From an uncultured Oscillospiraceae bacterium (GTDB lineage Bacteria > Bacillota > Clostridia > Oscillospirales > Oscillospiraceae), in the NCBI GenBank assembly GCA_947625815.1, contig CANQPU010000011.1:805-64804 (forward strand): a stretch of DNA of 64,000 bases, read 5' to 3'. Within the stretch, counting starts at the first letter, position 1. Each line of letters begins with the position of its first letter. Shown here one piece after another: positions 1-10,071 of this stretch. Made by a program: the position numbers and the translations under genes. The notes beneath the pieces were generated by a model. The model ran no database searches and was not told where the DNA came from. It saw only the letters and a program-made list of their open reading frames with translations.

Positions 1-1
1 G

Positions 2-403
<402 letters not shown>

Positions 404-428
404 ACCAAAAAACAAGGAGGAATTTATC

Positions 429-947
429 ATGGCTAAGAATCTGATCATCTACTACTCCCGCAAAGGAGAAAATTACTGGAACGGCAGCATCAAAAAACTT
501 GCCAAGGGCAATACGGAGATTGTAGCAGAGTTCATTCAGAAGGCCGTGGGCGGCGAGTTGTTTGAGGTGGATACGGTGAAGTCCTATTCTGCGGACTACA
601 CCACCTGCACTCAGGAGGCCCAGCGGGAGCTTCGCGCCGGCGCAAGGCCGGAGCTGAAAAAGTATCTGGACAACCTTTCGGACTATGACAACATCTTCGT
701 CTGTGGGCCGTGCTGGTGGGGAACCTTCCCGATGGCGGTGTTCACCCAGCTTGAAAGGCTGGATTTCACCGGCAAAAAAGTAATGGCCGTCATGACCCAC
801 GAGGGCAGCGGCCTCGGCTCCTGTGAACGCGACCTGAAGAAGATCTGCAAAGGCGCGTCCTTTGGAAAAGGGCTTGCCGTTCACGGTGCGGACGCCGCAA
901 GGTCTGAAAGCACGGTAGCTGCATGGGTAAAAAAGGCATTAGAGTAA
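429..947 (+). CDS. flavodoxin-like protein
   Basis: ATG preceded by AAGGAGGA. N-terminal IIYYSRKGENY and the later FVCGPCWWGTFP resemble flavodoxin-fold FMN-binding proteins. 172 aa. Confidence 0.75.
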   Translation: MAKNLIIYYSRKGENYWNGSIKKLAKGNTEIVAEFIQKAVGGELFEVDTVKSYSADYTTCTQEAQRELRAGARPELKKYLDNLSDYDNIFVCGPCWWGTFPMAVFTQLERLDFTGKKVMAVMTHEGSGLGSCERDLKKICKGASFGKGLAVHGADAARSESTVAAWVKKALE

Positions 948-960
948 CCAGGAGGATAGC

Positions 961-2088
961 ATGGAACAATATTTTGGAGAAAACACCCCGAAGCTGGGTT
1001 TTGGCCTGATGCGTCTGCCCAAACGGGGAGGAAAAATTGATGTAGAACAGGTCAAAAAGATGGTGGATCTGTTCATGGAGGCGGGGCTGACCTATTTTGA
1101 TACCGCCTATGTGTATGACGGCGGCGATTCCGAACGGGCCGCGAAAGCGGCTTTGGTAGACCGCTACCCCCGTGAGAGCTTTACGCTGGCAACCAAGCTG
1201 TGCGCATGGATGGGCGCTCATAATGAAGAGACCGCCAAGCAGCAGTTTTATACCAGTTTGGAGCGGACCGGCGCGGGCTATTTCGACTACTATCTGCTCC
1301 ACGCTTTGCAGGCGGGGAACTACAAGACCTATGACAAATACCACATCTGGGATTTTGTAAAGGAGCAGAAAGCAAAAGGGCTTATCCGGCATTGGGGCTT
1401 TTCTTTCCATGCCACGCCGGATATTCTGGACGAATTGCTCACCGCCCACCCGGACGCCGAGTTTGTGCAGCTTCAGCTCAATTACGCCGATTGGGAAAAT
1501 CCCGATGTGACGGCCCGTGAGAATTATGAGGTCGCCAGACGCCACGGCAAATCCATCGTGGTGATGGAGCCGGTCAAAGGCGGCGCGTTGGCAAACCCGC
1601 CTGCGGCCGTGCAAAAGATATTCCGGGAAGCTGATCCGAACGCTTCCTTTGCCTCCTGGGCGATCCGTTACGCTGCTTCTCTGGACGGGATCATTACGGT
1701 GCTGTCCGGCATGAGCAACATAGAGCAAATGAGGGACAATCTCTCCTACATGAAGGATTTCAAGCCCTTGGACAGTGCGGAACAGGCCACCGTCCGCAGG
1801 GCCCAGGAAATTATGACCGGCGTAAAATCCATTCCCTGCACCGCCTGCCATTACTGCACGGCGGGCTGTCCGAAAAAGATCGCGATCCCTGAGATTTTTG
1901 CCGCCCGGAACCAACAGCTCGTATGGGGGCAGTTGGAGGAGGGCAGACGCCGGTATGCGGAAGCGGTAAAGAACGGGGGCCGCGCCTCCGATTGCATCGC
2001 CTGCGGCCAGTGTAAGCGTGCCTGCCCCCAGCAGATCGATGTGATCACAAGATTGAAAGACTGCGCCTCCCAGTTTGACTGCGTATAA
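961..2088 (+). CDS. aldo/keto reductase with C-terminal 4Fe-4S ferredoxin-type cysteine motifs
   Basis: RBS AGGAGGA. AKR-like N-terminus (GFGLMRLP, YFDTAYVYDGG). C-terminus has CTACHYCTAGCP and CIACGQCKRACP motifs. Confidence 0.85.
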   Translation: MEQYFGENTPKLGFGLMRLPKRGGKIDVEQVKKMVDLFMEAGLTYFDTAYVYDGGDSERAAKAALVDRYPRESFTLATKLCAWMGAHNEETAKQQFYTSLERTGAGYFDYYLLHALQAGNYKTYDKYHIWDFVKEQKAKGLIRHWGFSFHATPDILDELLTAHPDAEFVQLQLNYADWENPDVTARENYEVARRHGKSIVVMEPVKGGALANPPAAVQKIFREADPNASFASWAIRYAASLDGIITVLSGMSNIEQMRDNLSYMKDFKPLDSAEQATVRRAQEIMTGVKSIPCTACHYCTAGCPKKIAIPEIFAARNQQLVWGQLEEGRRRYAEAVKNGGRASDCIACGQCKRACPQQIDVITRLKDCASQFDCV

Positions 2089-2156
2089 AGTATAAAGAAA
2101 TTGAGGCTTCCACGATGAAGAAAAGTTAATGTGGACCTCTCACTTGCAACAAAAAT

Positions 2157-2194
2157 GGCACCTCCGAACCGCAACGCATTCGGGGGTGCCTTTT
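2157..2194 (+). terminator. rho-independent terminator after the AKR gene
   Basis: 12-bp stem ggcacctccgaa/ttcgggggtgcc with a 10-nt loop, followed by TTTT. Confidence 0.8.
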
Positions 2195-2219
2195 AATATC
2201 CGAACGATATTCTAAACAC

Positions 2220-2260
2220 AGTAGTCAATTCCCTGAAATTAGTAGTCAAACAGTAGTCAA
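2220..2260. repeat. three direct copies of AGTAGTCAA
   Basis: Exact 9-mers at 2220, 2241 and 2252, so starts are 21 and 11 nt apart. They lie in a convergent intergenic region. Confidence 0.9.
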
Positions 2261-2404
2261 CGGTGCTGCTTCTTTTCACTCTCTGTAAATCCGAAATCCC
2301 TTGCGCCGCAAGGGGGTTGACCTTTATCGTTCCCAAAATCGCCGGACGCCCAAGGTAGACGATTCCTGCGGGGGCGGCGTGTTCGCCGCCCCCGCACGGA
2401 TCGA

Positions 2405-5400
2405 TCAGGTGTTCTCCGGGACTATCTTTGAAGTTAAAAACCGCTGAAGCATGGCCGCCGCCTGCGCTCGCGTTGCCTGTCCCCGCGGGTCGAGAAGGCC
2501 GCCCTTGCCCTGGACGATACCGTTGCCTGCCGCCCACCGGATGGCGGGGACAGCCCACTCGCAGATTTGGTCGAAGTCTTCAAAACTTAAAATGTCGGCG
2601 CCCTCTCCAACGGAAACACTCCAGCCCTTGGCTTTGGCATACCGCCAGAGCATGGCGGCAAGCTGCTCCCTGGTGATGGGGTCGTTGGGGCCGAACAGGC
2701 CGTTGCCGTAGCCGTCCACCACGCCCTCCGACGTGGCCCAGCGGACGGCCTCGGTGTACCATGCCTCCAGCTCCACATCGTCATATTGCATCAGGTAGTT
2801 GACCACCGGGCTGCCCGCTTCCCGCCACAAAATCGTGACGATCATGGCCCTGCTGGTGGGCATGTCGGGGGCAAAGGTTGTGGCGGAGATGCCCGCCATC
2901 AGGCCACGCTCCACGCAGTAATGAACGCCGTCGTGATACCAGGCTGTGGGCGCGGCGTCGGTGAATTTGGCGAGGGGGCAGGTCTCGTCCCGCATGCAGG
3001 CCGGCGCGAAGGCGGCTTCCACCGTCGCGCCGCCGGAGGGCATGACGAAGGTAAAGGTGCCGTCGCCGTTGTCCTTGTACTCCACGGCGTTGCCGCTGCG
3101 GTCGGTGATGGTCAGGGCGCCCAGCTCATAGCCCGCGTCGGGCGTGACAGTTACCGTCACACGGCTGCCGGCGACCGCCCAGGCCGGGCTGACCTCCAGG
3201 GCGCCGTGCTCCGGCTGGGTCACGGTGGTGGTGTAGGTGGGAGGCGCCGGGGGCGTCGGGGTGTACCCGATGGCATAGGTGGAGAACTTGCTGGCATAGA
3301 TGTAAATCTTGCCGCCCGCCTCGTCCAGCCGGAAAGTGCCGTCGATCCTGGCATCAGCGTCGGCCTTCGTAAGGGCTTCCGCCGTATTGTTGTGGCTGCG
3401 GTAGGCGGTCACATTGGTCTTGTTCGTGAAGTCGAACGGAATGACGATTTCCAGAACCGCGCTGGCATCTGTAATCGTTACTTCCGAGCTTCCTGCGCCG
3501 GTAGTAGTTTTGGTCAGGGTCATATCCAGATAGGTGAGATTTGCCGCCTGGGTGGAAGCGGCGGCTTCAAGAGCCGCCTTGTCGGCGGGAGTATCCTTCT
3601 TCTCCACCGTCAAGGTGACAGTGACCGTCTCGGCGGGAGAGGCCGTCTCCGCTTCGGCTATGGCGTCCACGCCGCCGACCACCACGTCCGGGGTGTCCTC
3701 ACCCAGGACCTCCACCACGCTGCTGACCTTGCCTTCCGGCATCTGAATGTTCCGCTCATGGGCATCTGCATCGGAGAGCTCCACCAGGATGGTCTTGGTG
3801 ACCGTGTCCCAGGTGGCGGCCACGTTGTAGAGCCCCGCCGGGACGCTGGAAAAGCTGTATCGTCCATGGTCGTCGGTGACGGTCTCCGCCACCGTCTCCT
3901 GGCCGCGGGTGAGCCGGATGGCCGCCGGAGACAGGGGAGTTCCGTCGTGATCGGTGACAACGCCGGAGATCTGGAAGGTGTTCACCTTGGAAATAGGCTC
4001 GCTCCTGGCGGCCCCGCAGACGGAACAGGTGTAGAGTCGGCTTCCCTCCGCCTCCGTGGTCGGCTCCAGAGTCACCACGCCGTCGTCCCAGACATGGGCG
4101 GCCAGGTCGCTCCGGGGCGCGTCGCACGCGCCCACGCCCTGGCAGACGTGCCAGTGGTCCTCTGTATCGTGGGTCCACTCCTCGGCGTAGACGTGGACGT
4201 GGGTGATGGTCAGCGAGCCCACCTTGGCCGTCCCCGTCAGGGTGAAGTTGGGATCGGTGAGGTTGGCCAGCACGTCATAGGTCCCCGGCAGGACCGGCTC
4301 CGCCGCCGCGCCGTCTTGCTCATAGGAGACGGTGATCTTTTCCGGGTCGATGATGGGGATCTGCCCGCTGGTCTGCGCCACCGTGACGGAGATCGCCGCG
4401 CCGGTGTAGGGGGTCTCCACCTCCACCGGCTCAAGGGTGAGGGGGAAGGGGGCGATGGTGACGGTGATGCAGGCGGGGTCGGTGTCGGTGTGGTTGGCGT
4501 CGCCCATCACTTTATACCAGACTGTGTACGCTTTCGCCTCGGTGCCTGTGGGGATGTCGGCGGAATAGGCGCTTTCGTCCAGGCTGTACCGCAGCTCCCC
4601 GCCGGTGGCCTCGCCGGTCACAAGCTCTTGTGCCGCGCCGGTGTACGTCAAATCCTTCGGCGTTACGACCGTGGTCGGATCCGCCTTTGCAATCGTAACC
4701 TCGACCGTCTTTTCAAAATGATGATGACCCTCTCGTTCAACCTTCACCTTGACCGAGTAGCTGCCCGCGTTCGTACCCGTCGCCTTTTCTGTACTGCCTG
4801 TCGGATCGTCGTTTACATAGTATGTAACGGTATCTGTTCCAAGCGCTCCCTTTACGGTTACAAGCTCCTGCGCGCCGCCGTTGTAAACAAGACCGTCGTT
4901 TGCCGTTACATCAACGCCGCTAATCGCCGGTTCGTTTGTAATCTTTATAGTAGCTTTGAGATAGAGGGTGTTATAATTTTCTCTCTCTATTCTGACCGTA
5001 ATCGTCTTATCCGTACCCTCGTCACTGTAACTCGGACAGGTTTCCTTCCAATCCGCCTCTCTGTCATTTGCCTCGTTATAGTCGCCCTCGGCATATCTTA
5101 CGGTATCGCCCTCAATCGTTCCCGTCGGCTCGGCAAGCGTGTACTGCTTTTCCGGCTGCGTCTCGTCAAACTGCGCCGTTATATCTTGAACCGCCACGCC
5201 GGTGATCGTCGCCTTTGCGACATTTACCGTAACCGTTCCGTCAATGCTTGTAGGCTCGTAATTCTCGCTGTTTGCGGGAGTGAATACCGCCTGCACACTG
5301 TTTGCGCCTGCATTAAGAGCCGTTTCGCCGTCGCTCCACGCGAGCGTACCGCCGTCTACTTCCGGCACGGTTACGCTGCTAAGTTTCTTGTCAGGTTCAT

Positions 5401-8107
5401 ATGTACCGCCGTCAACATCTCCGACCGTCGGGAATTTCGGCGTAGCCTTTGCGATCGTGACCTTTATACTTGCTTCCGCTATGCCGTTATAGTTGTCATT
5501 TTCAACTACTTTATAATAAACGGTATGCTCTCCGGCTGTTGTCGCTTTCGGCGCGGCTGTCGAGTACGTTCCCTCGTCAACCTTGTACTGCAATTCGCCG
5601 CCGGTCGCCGATCCTGCTGTTGCAAGGAGTTCCTGTGCCTCGCCGTTATACGTCAAATCCGTCTTTGACGTCGGAGCAGTAACGGTCGAATCAGCCTTCT
5701 CAATATTCACCGTAACCGCTTCGGTCGGAGCAACTGCCGCTTCATAATATTCCGCGTCCGCGCCGCCTACGGTAACGCCTGTTATCGTAACGCTTTTCCC
5801 ATTACCCGCGTTCGCGTCGTCAATCGTTCCCGTTGCCGTTAATGTTACAGTATCACTGCTTTTGGCATTAGTCGGCTCAAGTGTCACTTCAACGGTCGTT
5901 TCGCCGTTATATTTCCTGTTCGTCGCCGCAGCCGTGTATGTAAGCGTTTTCTTATTCAGCGTAACGGTAATATTATCCTTTTTACTCTCGTTCAAATTCA
6001 CACTGCCGCCGTACTCGGCTGTGATTTTACCCTCCGCAGCCTTTATCGCGTCGTATTTCGCTTTATCAACAGTAACATTAAGCGTTGCCGTGCCGACGCT
6101 TTTTAGCTCGCCATCACTGTACTCCACCGTTGCCGTACCGAGCGAGGTCTCGCCGGCTTTGAAATCTACTTTATCCTGTTCCACAGACATAAGGCCGATA
6201 CCGGCGGTATTACTTTTCTTTACCTCCGCTGTAAGCGTCAGCGTATCGCCATATGTTGCGCTGCTGTCTGCAACAGTAACCTCTGAATTGGTTTTTTTGA
6301 TCGTAACGTCCACGGACTGCGGCGTGCTGTCGTTGTGGTTGTTGTCGCCGACCACCTTATACCAAACTGTGTATGTTTTAGCTTCTGTACCTTTCGGTAT
6401 ATCGGCGGAATAGTCGGCATTATCAAGACTGTACTGTATTGTGCCGTCCGTTGTTTCACCCGCTGTCACAAGCTCCTGCGCCGTACCGTTATACGTCAAA
6501 TCTGTCTTTGCCGTCGGTTTGACTGTTACGGACGACGCGGCTTTCGCTATGTGCACCTTAACCGTGAGCGTCACAGCTTCCGTGCCGAAATCCTCAACGC
6601 TCATAAGGGAATACTGCGGCGTTTTTTCTGTTGCCTTAACAGTAATCGTATAATCATTCGCGTTAAGCCCTGTGGGAACTGACAGCGTATTCTCGTTTTC
6701 TATGCTCGCGTTCGTGTTGCCCTTATCGCTTATTGCGTATGTAAACTTACCCTCGGACGCAACGCTCTTGTTTGCATACTTCATATGCTCGTCCAAATTG
6801 ACCGTAAGCGGCGCATCGTAGCCGTAAGTCGCGCTCAGCGTTATGTCCGCACTGTCGCCGCCGAAATGGTCGTGCCCCACGGCGTACACGGTCATATCGC
6901 TGGTAACGGGGGTTTTCGCGTCAAACTTGTCACCGTCCGCGTTCTGCGTTTTTGCCCATTTTTCAAACGTATAATTAGTCTTTTCGGGGGTTTCCGGCAT
7001 TTCCACAGTACCATTCGGATTTGTATACTTCGCGTCGTATGCCTCGTTTTCCTGTGTCGCGAACGTAACCTTCAGAACCTTTTTACTTTCCTCACTCGTA
7101 AGCACGGGATACCCGTCCGCTTTGTCGCTGAGCTTCTGCCCCCACACCTGCTGATCGGGCATATCCTGATTGCTTTGCAAAAGCCACGCCACCTCGCCGG
7201 AGGCGAATTTGTCGGTGGTTTTTGACGTGCCGCCAAATCTTCCTCCCGCGCCGCAGGTATCAAGGTAGTAGCAATATTTAACGTTGCCTCCGGTGGATCC
7301 CACAATGCCGCCGATATAGGTGGCGTTTGTGCTGCTCACCGTTCCCGTGTTATAGCAGCTTTTAATGTTGCCGCTGTCGCCCACAATGACGGCGATGCTG
7401 TTTTCTCCCACAATGCCGCCTACATAACCGGCGCCGCTCACCGTTCCCGTGTTATAGCAATTCTTAACGCTCCCGCTGTTGTTTCCCGCGATGCCGCCTA
7501 TGCAATTGCCAGTGCCCGTTACTGCTCCCGTATTATAGCAATTTTCAATGCTGCCGCCTTTGTTGTATCCCGCAATGCCGCTTGTAGAGGAAACGCCATT
7601 TACCGCGTTTTTGTTACAGCAATTTTCGACGCTGCCGCCTTCGTTTTCTCCCACAATGCCGCCCGTATATGTGCCGCCGGTGACACTGCCCGAAACGGTG
7701 AGATTTTTGATCGTGCCGGTGGAATACCCAAACAGACCTGTGTAGTAATCCTCAGTGTTTATGTAAAGTCCGCTTATCTCGAAGTCGCCGCCGTCAAATG
7801 TGCCTGAAAATGGATTGTCTTCCGTTCCAATCGGTGTCCATGATGTGTTGCTTCCCGCGCTGTAATTTGCAGACATATCAATAGGTGCCGTCAGCTTAAA
7901 ATACTCGTCTTTGCCGCCGTCAGCATCCGCGTTGATATAATTCCGGAACGCCTCGAACTGGTCCAGGTCGTTGATTTGATACGGGTTGCCCGCTGTGCCG
8001 TTGCCGCCGTTGTTTTCGAACGGGACGTCCGCCGCCCACGCCGCTACGGGCAGCAGGGCAAAGACCAGCACGGCAGAGAGGAATACGCTTATGATCCGTT
8101 TTTTCAT
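2405..8107 (-). CDS. giant cell-surface protein (signal peptide, GLUG-like repeats, repeated adhesin-type modules, three C-terminal SLH domains)
   Basis: I place the start at ATG 8107 (MKKRIISVFLSAVLVFALLPVAAWA signal peptide, RBS GAGGATGG) rather than the ORF-track start at 8398. GGIVGEN/GGIAGNN repeats are present. At least 4 modules of type TYNGxAQELVT...YTVWYKVxGDxNH occur. A CarboxypepD_reg-like segment is ISGVVTDHDGTPL. The C-terminus has three SLH-like units (e.g. FTDAAPTAWYHDGVHYCVERGLMAG). Confidence 0.85.
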   Translation of the reverse strand: MKKRIISVFLSAVLVFALLPVAAWAADVPFENNGGNGTAGNPYQINDLDQFEAFRNYINADADGGKDEYFKLTAPIDMSANYSAGSNTSWTPIGTEDNPFSGTFDGGDFEISGLYINTEDYYTGLFGYSTGTIKNLTVSGSVTGGTYTGGIVGENEGGSVENCCNKNAVNGVSSTSGIAGYNKGGSIENCYNTGAVTGTGNCIGGIAGNNSGSVKNCYNTGTVSGAGYVGGIVGENSIAVIVGDSGNIKSCYNTGTVSSTNATYIGGIVGSTGGNVKYCYYLDTCGAGGRFGGTSKTTDKFASGEVAWLLQSNQDMPDQQVWGQKLSDKADGYPVLTSEESKKVLKVTFATQENEAYDAKYTNPNGTVEMPETPEKTNYTFEKWAKTQNADGDKFDAKTPVTSDMTVYAVGHDHFGGDSADITLSATYGYDAPLTVNLDEHMKYANKSVASEGKFTYAISDKGNTNASIENENTLSVPTGLNANDYTITVKATEKTPQYSLMSVEDFGTEAVTLTVKVHIAKAASSVTVKPTAKTDLTYNGTAQELVTAGETTDGTIQYSLDNADYSADIPKGTEAKTYTVWYKVVGDNNHNDSTPQSVDVTIKKTNSEVTVADSSATYGDTLTLTAEVKKSNTAGIGLMSVEQDKVDFKAGETSLGTATVEYSDGELKSVGTATLNVTVDKAKYDAIKAAEGKITAEYGGSVNLNESKKDNITVTLNKKTLTYTAAATNRKYNGETTVEVTLEPTNAKSSDTVTLTATGTIDDANAGNGKSVTITGVTVGGADAEYYEAAVAPTEAVTVNIEKADSTVTAPTSKTDLTYNGEAQELLATAGSATGGELQYKVDEGTYSTAAPKATTAGEHTVYYKVVENDNYNGIAEASIKVTIAKATPKFPTVGDVDGGTYEPDKKLSSVTVPEVDGGTLAWSDGETALNAGANSVQAVFTPANSENYEPTSIDGTVTVNVAKATITGVAVQDITAQFDETQPEKQYTLAEPTGTIEGDTVRYAEGDYNEANDREADWKETCPSYSDEGTDKTITVRIERENYNTLYLKATIKITNEPAISGVDVTANDGLVYNGGAQELVTVKGALGTDTVTYYVNDDPTGSTEKATGTNAGSYSVKVKVEREGHHHFEKTVEVTIAKADPTTVVTPKDLTYTGAAQELVTGEATGGELRYSLDESAYSADIPTGTEAKAYTVWYKVMGDANHTDTDPACITVTIAPFPLTLEPVEVETPYTGAAISVTVAQTSGQIPIIDPEKITVSYEQDGAAAEPVLPGTYDVLANLTDPNFTLTGTAKVGSLTITHVHVYAEEWTHDTEDHWHVCQGVGACDAPRSDLAAHVWDDGVVTLEPTTEAEGSRLYTCSVCGAARSEPISKVNTFQISGVVTDHDGTPLSPAAIRLTRGQETVAETVTDDHGRYSFSSVPAGLYNVAATWDTVTKTILVELSDADAHERNIQMPEGKVSSVVEVLGEDTPDVVVGGVDAIAEAETASPAETVTVTLTVEKKDTPADKAALEAAASTQAANLTYLDMTLTKTTTGAGSSEVTITDASAVLEIVIPFDFTNKTNVTAYRSHNNTAEALTKADADARIDGTFRLDEAGGKIYIYASKFSTYAIGYTPTPPAPPTYTTTVTQPEHGALEVSPAWAVAGSRVTVTVTPDAGYELGALTITDRSGNAVEYKDNGDGTFTFVMPSGGATVEAAFAPACMRDETCPLAKFTDAAPTAWYHDGVHYCVERGLMAGISATTFAPDMPTSRAMIVTILWREAGSPVVNYLMQYDDVELEAWYTEAVRWATSEGVVDGYGNGLFGPNDPITREQLAAMLWRYAKAKGWSVSVGEGADILSFEDFDQICEWAVPAIRWAAGNGIVQGKGGLLDPRGQATRAQAAAMLQRFLTSKIVPENT

Positions 8108-8147
8108 CTTTCCATCCTCGCTTTCACATGGATAGTTAGAGCTCATT

Positions 8148-8191
8148 CTGTCCGTGGGGACCCCACGGACAGGGCTGGGCCGGCCCAGCCC
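8148..8191 (-). promoter_or_regulatory. two adjacent GC-rich perfect palindromes in the 5' leader of the giant surface-protein gene
   Basis: ctgtccgtgggg-a-ccccacggacag (8148-8172) and ggctgggcc/ggcccagcc (8173-8190). They lie 41-84 nt upstream of ATG 8107. No U-tract follows. Confidence 0.6.
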
Positions 8192-8239
8192 TGATAAAAC
8201 TTTCATTTCCTGCTCGACAAAAAACATTTTCACATCTAT

Positions 8240-8270
8240 CATTATATCATGTCCACCCGTGAACACGTCA
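8240..8270 (-). promoter_or_regulatory. candidate extended -10 sigma-A promoter for the surface-protein gene
   Basis: The minus strand reads TTGACG (8270-8265), then TGaTATAAT (8248-8240). The spacer is 19 nt, slightly long. Confidence 0.5.
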
Positions 8271-8383
8271 ATAGGGGAGGATGAAAAATGGAGTAATTTT
8301 TCTCGATCAATCAGGTGAGTCGCAGCCGCGGGGTGTCCCGATCCGCTCTCATGAGGAAATACGGCTCCGGGTGGAGAAATATG

Positions 8384-8410
8384 AAAAAGCCGCGTCAAAA
8401 ACGACGCGGC
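8384..8410 (-). terminator. rho-independent terminator after the MATE gene
   Basis: Stem gccgcgtc/gacgcggc (8389-8410), followed on the minus strand by TTTTT. Confidence 0.8.
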
Positions 8411-8448
8411 TTTCAGTAAATATTATGAAATGATCTGCCTCCCGGGCG

Positions 8449-9933
8449 TCAGCCCGCGCCCTCCCCGGCGGTCTCGGAGGGTTCCCGAATAAGCCCCGAG
8501 GCATTCTTCCACCGGCCTGACAGCAGGCGCGTGGAGAAGAGGATCGAACGCAGCACCCAGTCGGAGCACATACCGATCCAATAACCCATGGCGCCGAGCT
8601 CCGGCATACCGGGGAACCGGTCCGTCGTGAGCAGGAACGCCAGGCTCACGCGCATGATGAACATGGACGCGACGGCGCTGACCATCACATATTTCACATC
8701 GCTCGTGGCCTTCAGGACGGACGGCGCCGTGAAGGAGAGGGGATATGTAAAAAATTGAAAGATCAGGCAGAGATAAAGGCAATGTCTCCCGATCTCCTTG
8801 GCCTCGTCGGCATACCCATAGAGCTGTGTCAAAAACGGCATGAGGGCCAGGATCACTCCCACGCAGATCCCGTTAGCCACATACGAGATGATGAACATCC
8901 GCTTCATGTAGTACCTGACCTGGTCCGGGTCGCCCGCTCCCACCGACTGACCTATGACGGTAAGGCAGGAGGTCCCGACGCCGCTGCCCACCACCGAGGC
9001 GAAGTTGTTGATCTGGTTGGCAATGGCGTTCCCGTTGGCCTGGATGTTGATGTGGATAAGCTCGCCCGCTTCGTCGATCCCCGTGATGCTTTTGGCGCCT
9101 GTGGCGTACACGCCGGCATTGACGAAGGTATTGGTCATAAGCTTCCCCAGCTGAAAGAGCGCCGACTCCACGCCGCTGGGCACGGCCAGTTTTAAAATGC
9201 TTCGGATCATCGACCCGTCAAAACGGAACCGCTCCGCGATCCGCACCCGCACGACGTTGTCCTTTCCGCCCAGCAGGACCAGCATGAAGACAGCCGGTAT
9301 CGCCCGGCAAAAGAGCGTGGCGAGTCCCGCGCCCAGAACGCCCATATTCAGCGCGAACAGGAATATGGCGTTGAGCCCCACATTGACTACGCAGCTTATG
9401 GCGGCGCTGGCCATGGTGGAAAAGCTCTTCCTCTGGGCCCGCAGCAACGCCGCGCAGGCGTTGAAGAGCCCGATGAATGGGAAGGAGGCGGCGGTCACGT
9501 AAAAATACGTCCGCTGGTAGGAGAAGGTGGAGGCGTCCACATTGCCGTAAAAAAGCCGAAGGATCGGCCTGTTCAGCACAAGACACAGACAGCCCACACC
9601 CAGCGAGACGCACACGACCAGCATAAGCAGCTGCTTTGCGACCTTGTTCGCCCGCTCCCTGTCGCCGGCCCCCAGAGCCTGGGAGGTGACGATGGCGCCG
9701 CCGGTGGCGAAGGCGGAGAACAGCTGGATGATCAGGTTGTTGATATAATCCACGTTCCCGATGGCGTTGCTGGCGTTGCTCCGAACAGCCTGCGTGGCGT
9801 TCATGTTGGAGACCATCAGCGAATCAAAGAAGCCCAGAGAGGTGGAGAAGATCTGCTCGATCACAATGGGCGCGACGAGCCAGAGAAGCTGCTTGGCCGT
9901 AAACAGCGTGTATTTTCTTTTAGCCGTTTCCAT
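8449..9933 (-). CDS. MATE family efflux transporter
   Basis: 494 aa, about 12 hydrophobic segments, MATE-like N-terminus (LLWLVAPIVIEQIFSTSLGFFDSLMVS). RBS GGGAGGGA. Confidence 0.85.
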   Translation of the reverse strand: METAKRKYTLFTAKQLLWLVAPIVIEQIFSTSLGFFDSLMVSNMNATQAVRSNASNAIGNVDYINNLIIQLFSAFATGGAIVTSQALGAGDRERANKVAKQLLMLVVCVSLGVGCLCLVLNRPILRLFYGNVDASTFSYQRTYFYVTAASFPFIGLFNACAALLRAQRKSFSTMASAAISCVVNVGLNAIFLFALNMGVLGAGLATLFCRAIPAVFMLVLLGGKDNVVRVRIAERFRFDGSMIRSILKLAVPSGVESALFQLGKLMTNTFVNAGVYATGAKSITGIDEAGELIHINIQANGNAIANQINNFASVVGSGVGTSCLTVIGQSVGAGDPDQVRYYMKRMFIISYVANGICVGVILALMPFLTQLYGYADEAKEIGRHCLYLCLIFQFFTYPLSFTAPSVLKATSDVKYVMVSAVASMFIMRVSLAFLLTTDRFPGMPELGAMGYWIGMCSDWVLRSILFSTRLLSGRWKNASGLIREPSETAGEGAG

Positions 9934-10071
9934 ATCTTATCCCTCCCGCGCCGTGAAAACGACTTTGACTTGGAACACCGCTATGTTACAACTGTTTTTC
10001 TTGATTTTCCACTGTTTTTGGAATATAATATCCTGAAAATACTGTTTTTTCAACAATGAGCTGGTGATAGT

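Noticed and set aside
2290-2314. A shared palindrome ccttgcgccgcaagg, with a similar 5' flank, at 2299-2313 and 35560-35574. I considered it as possible direct repeats bounding a 33-kb element.
   Set aside because: An exact 15-mer match within 64 kb on both strands is roughly what chance predicts, about one to a few. The interval between the copies also contains core genes (addAB, ispE, spoIIR, rpmE, tRNAs). The copies are more likely independent terminator hairpins.
2786-5668. A 960-aa plus-strand ORF inside the giant surface-protein gene.
   Set aside because: It is antisense to a frame with a signal peptide, repeat modules and SLH domains. The product has a biased R/G/V composition, and there is no RBS. 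It is a GC shadow ORF.
8108-8398. The N-terminal 97-aa extension of the giant surface protein suggested by the ORF track (start at 8398).
   Set aside because: The extension would precede an obvious signal peptide and it lacks an RBS. ATG 8107 has GAGGATGG upstream, and the intervening DNA holds a promoter and leader palindromes.
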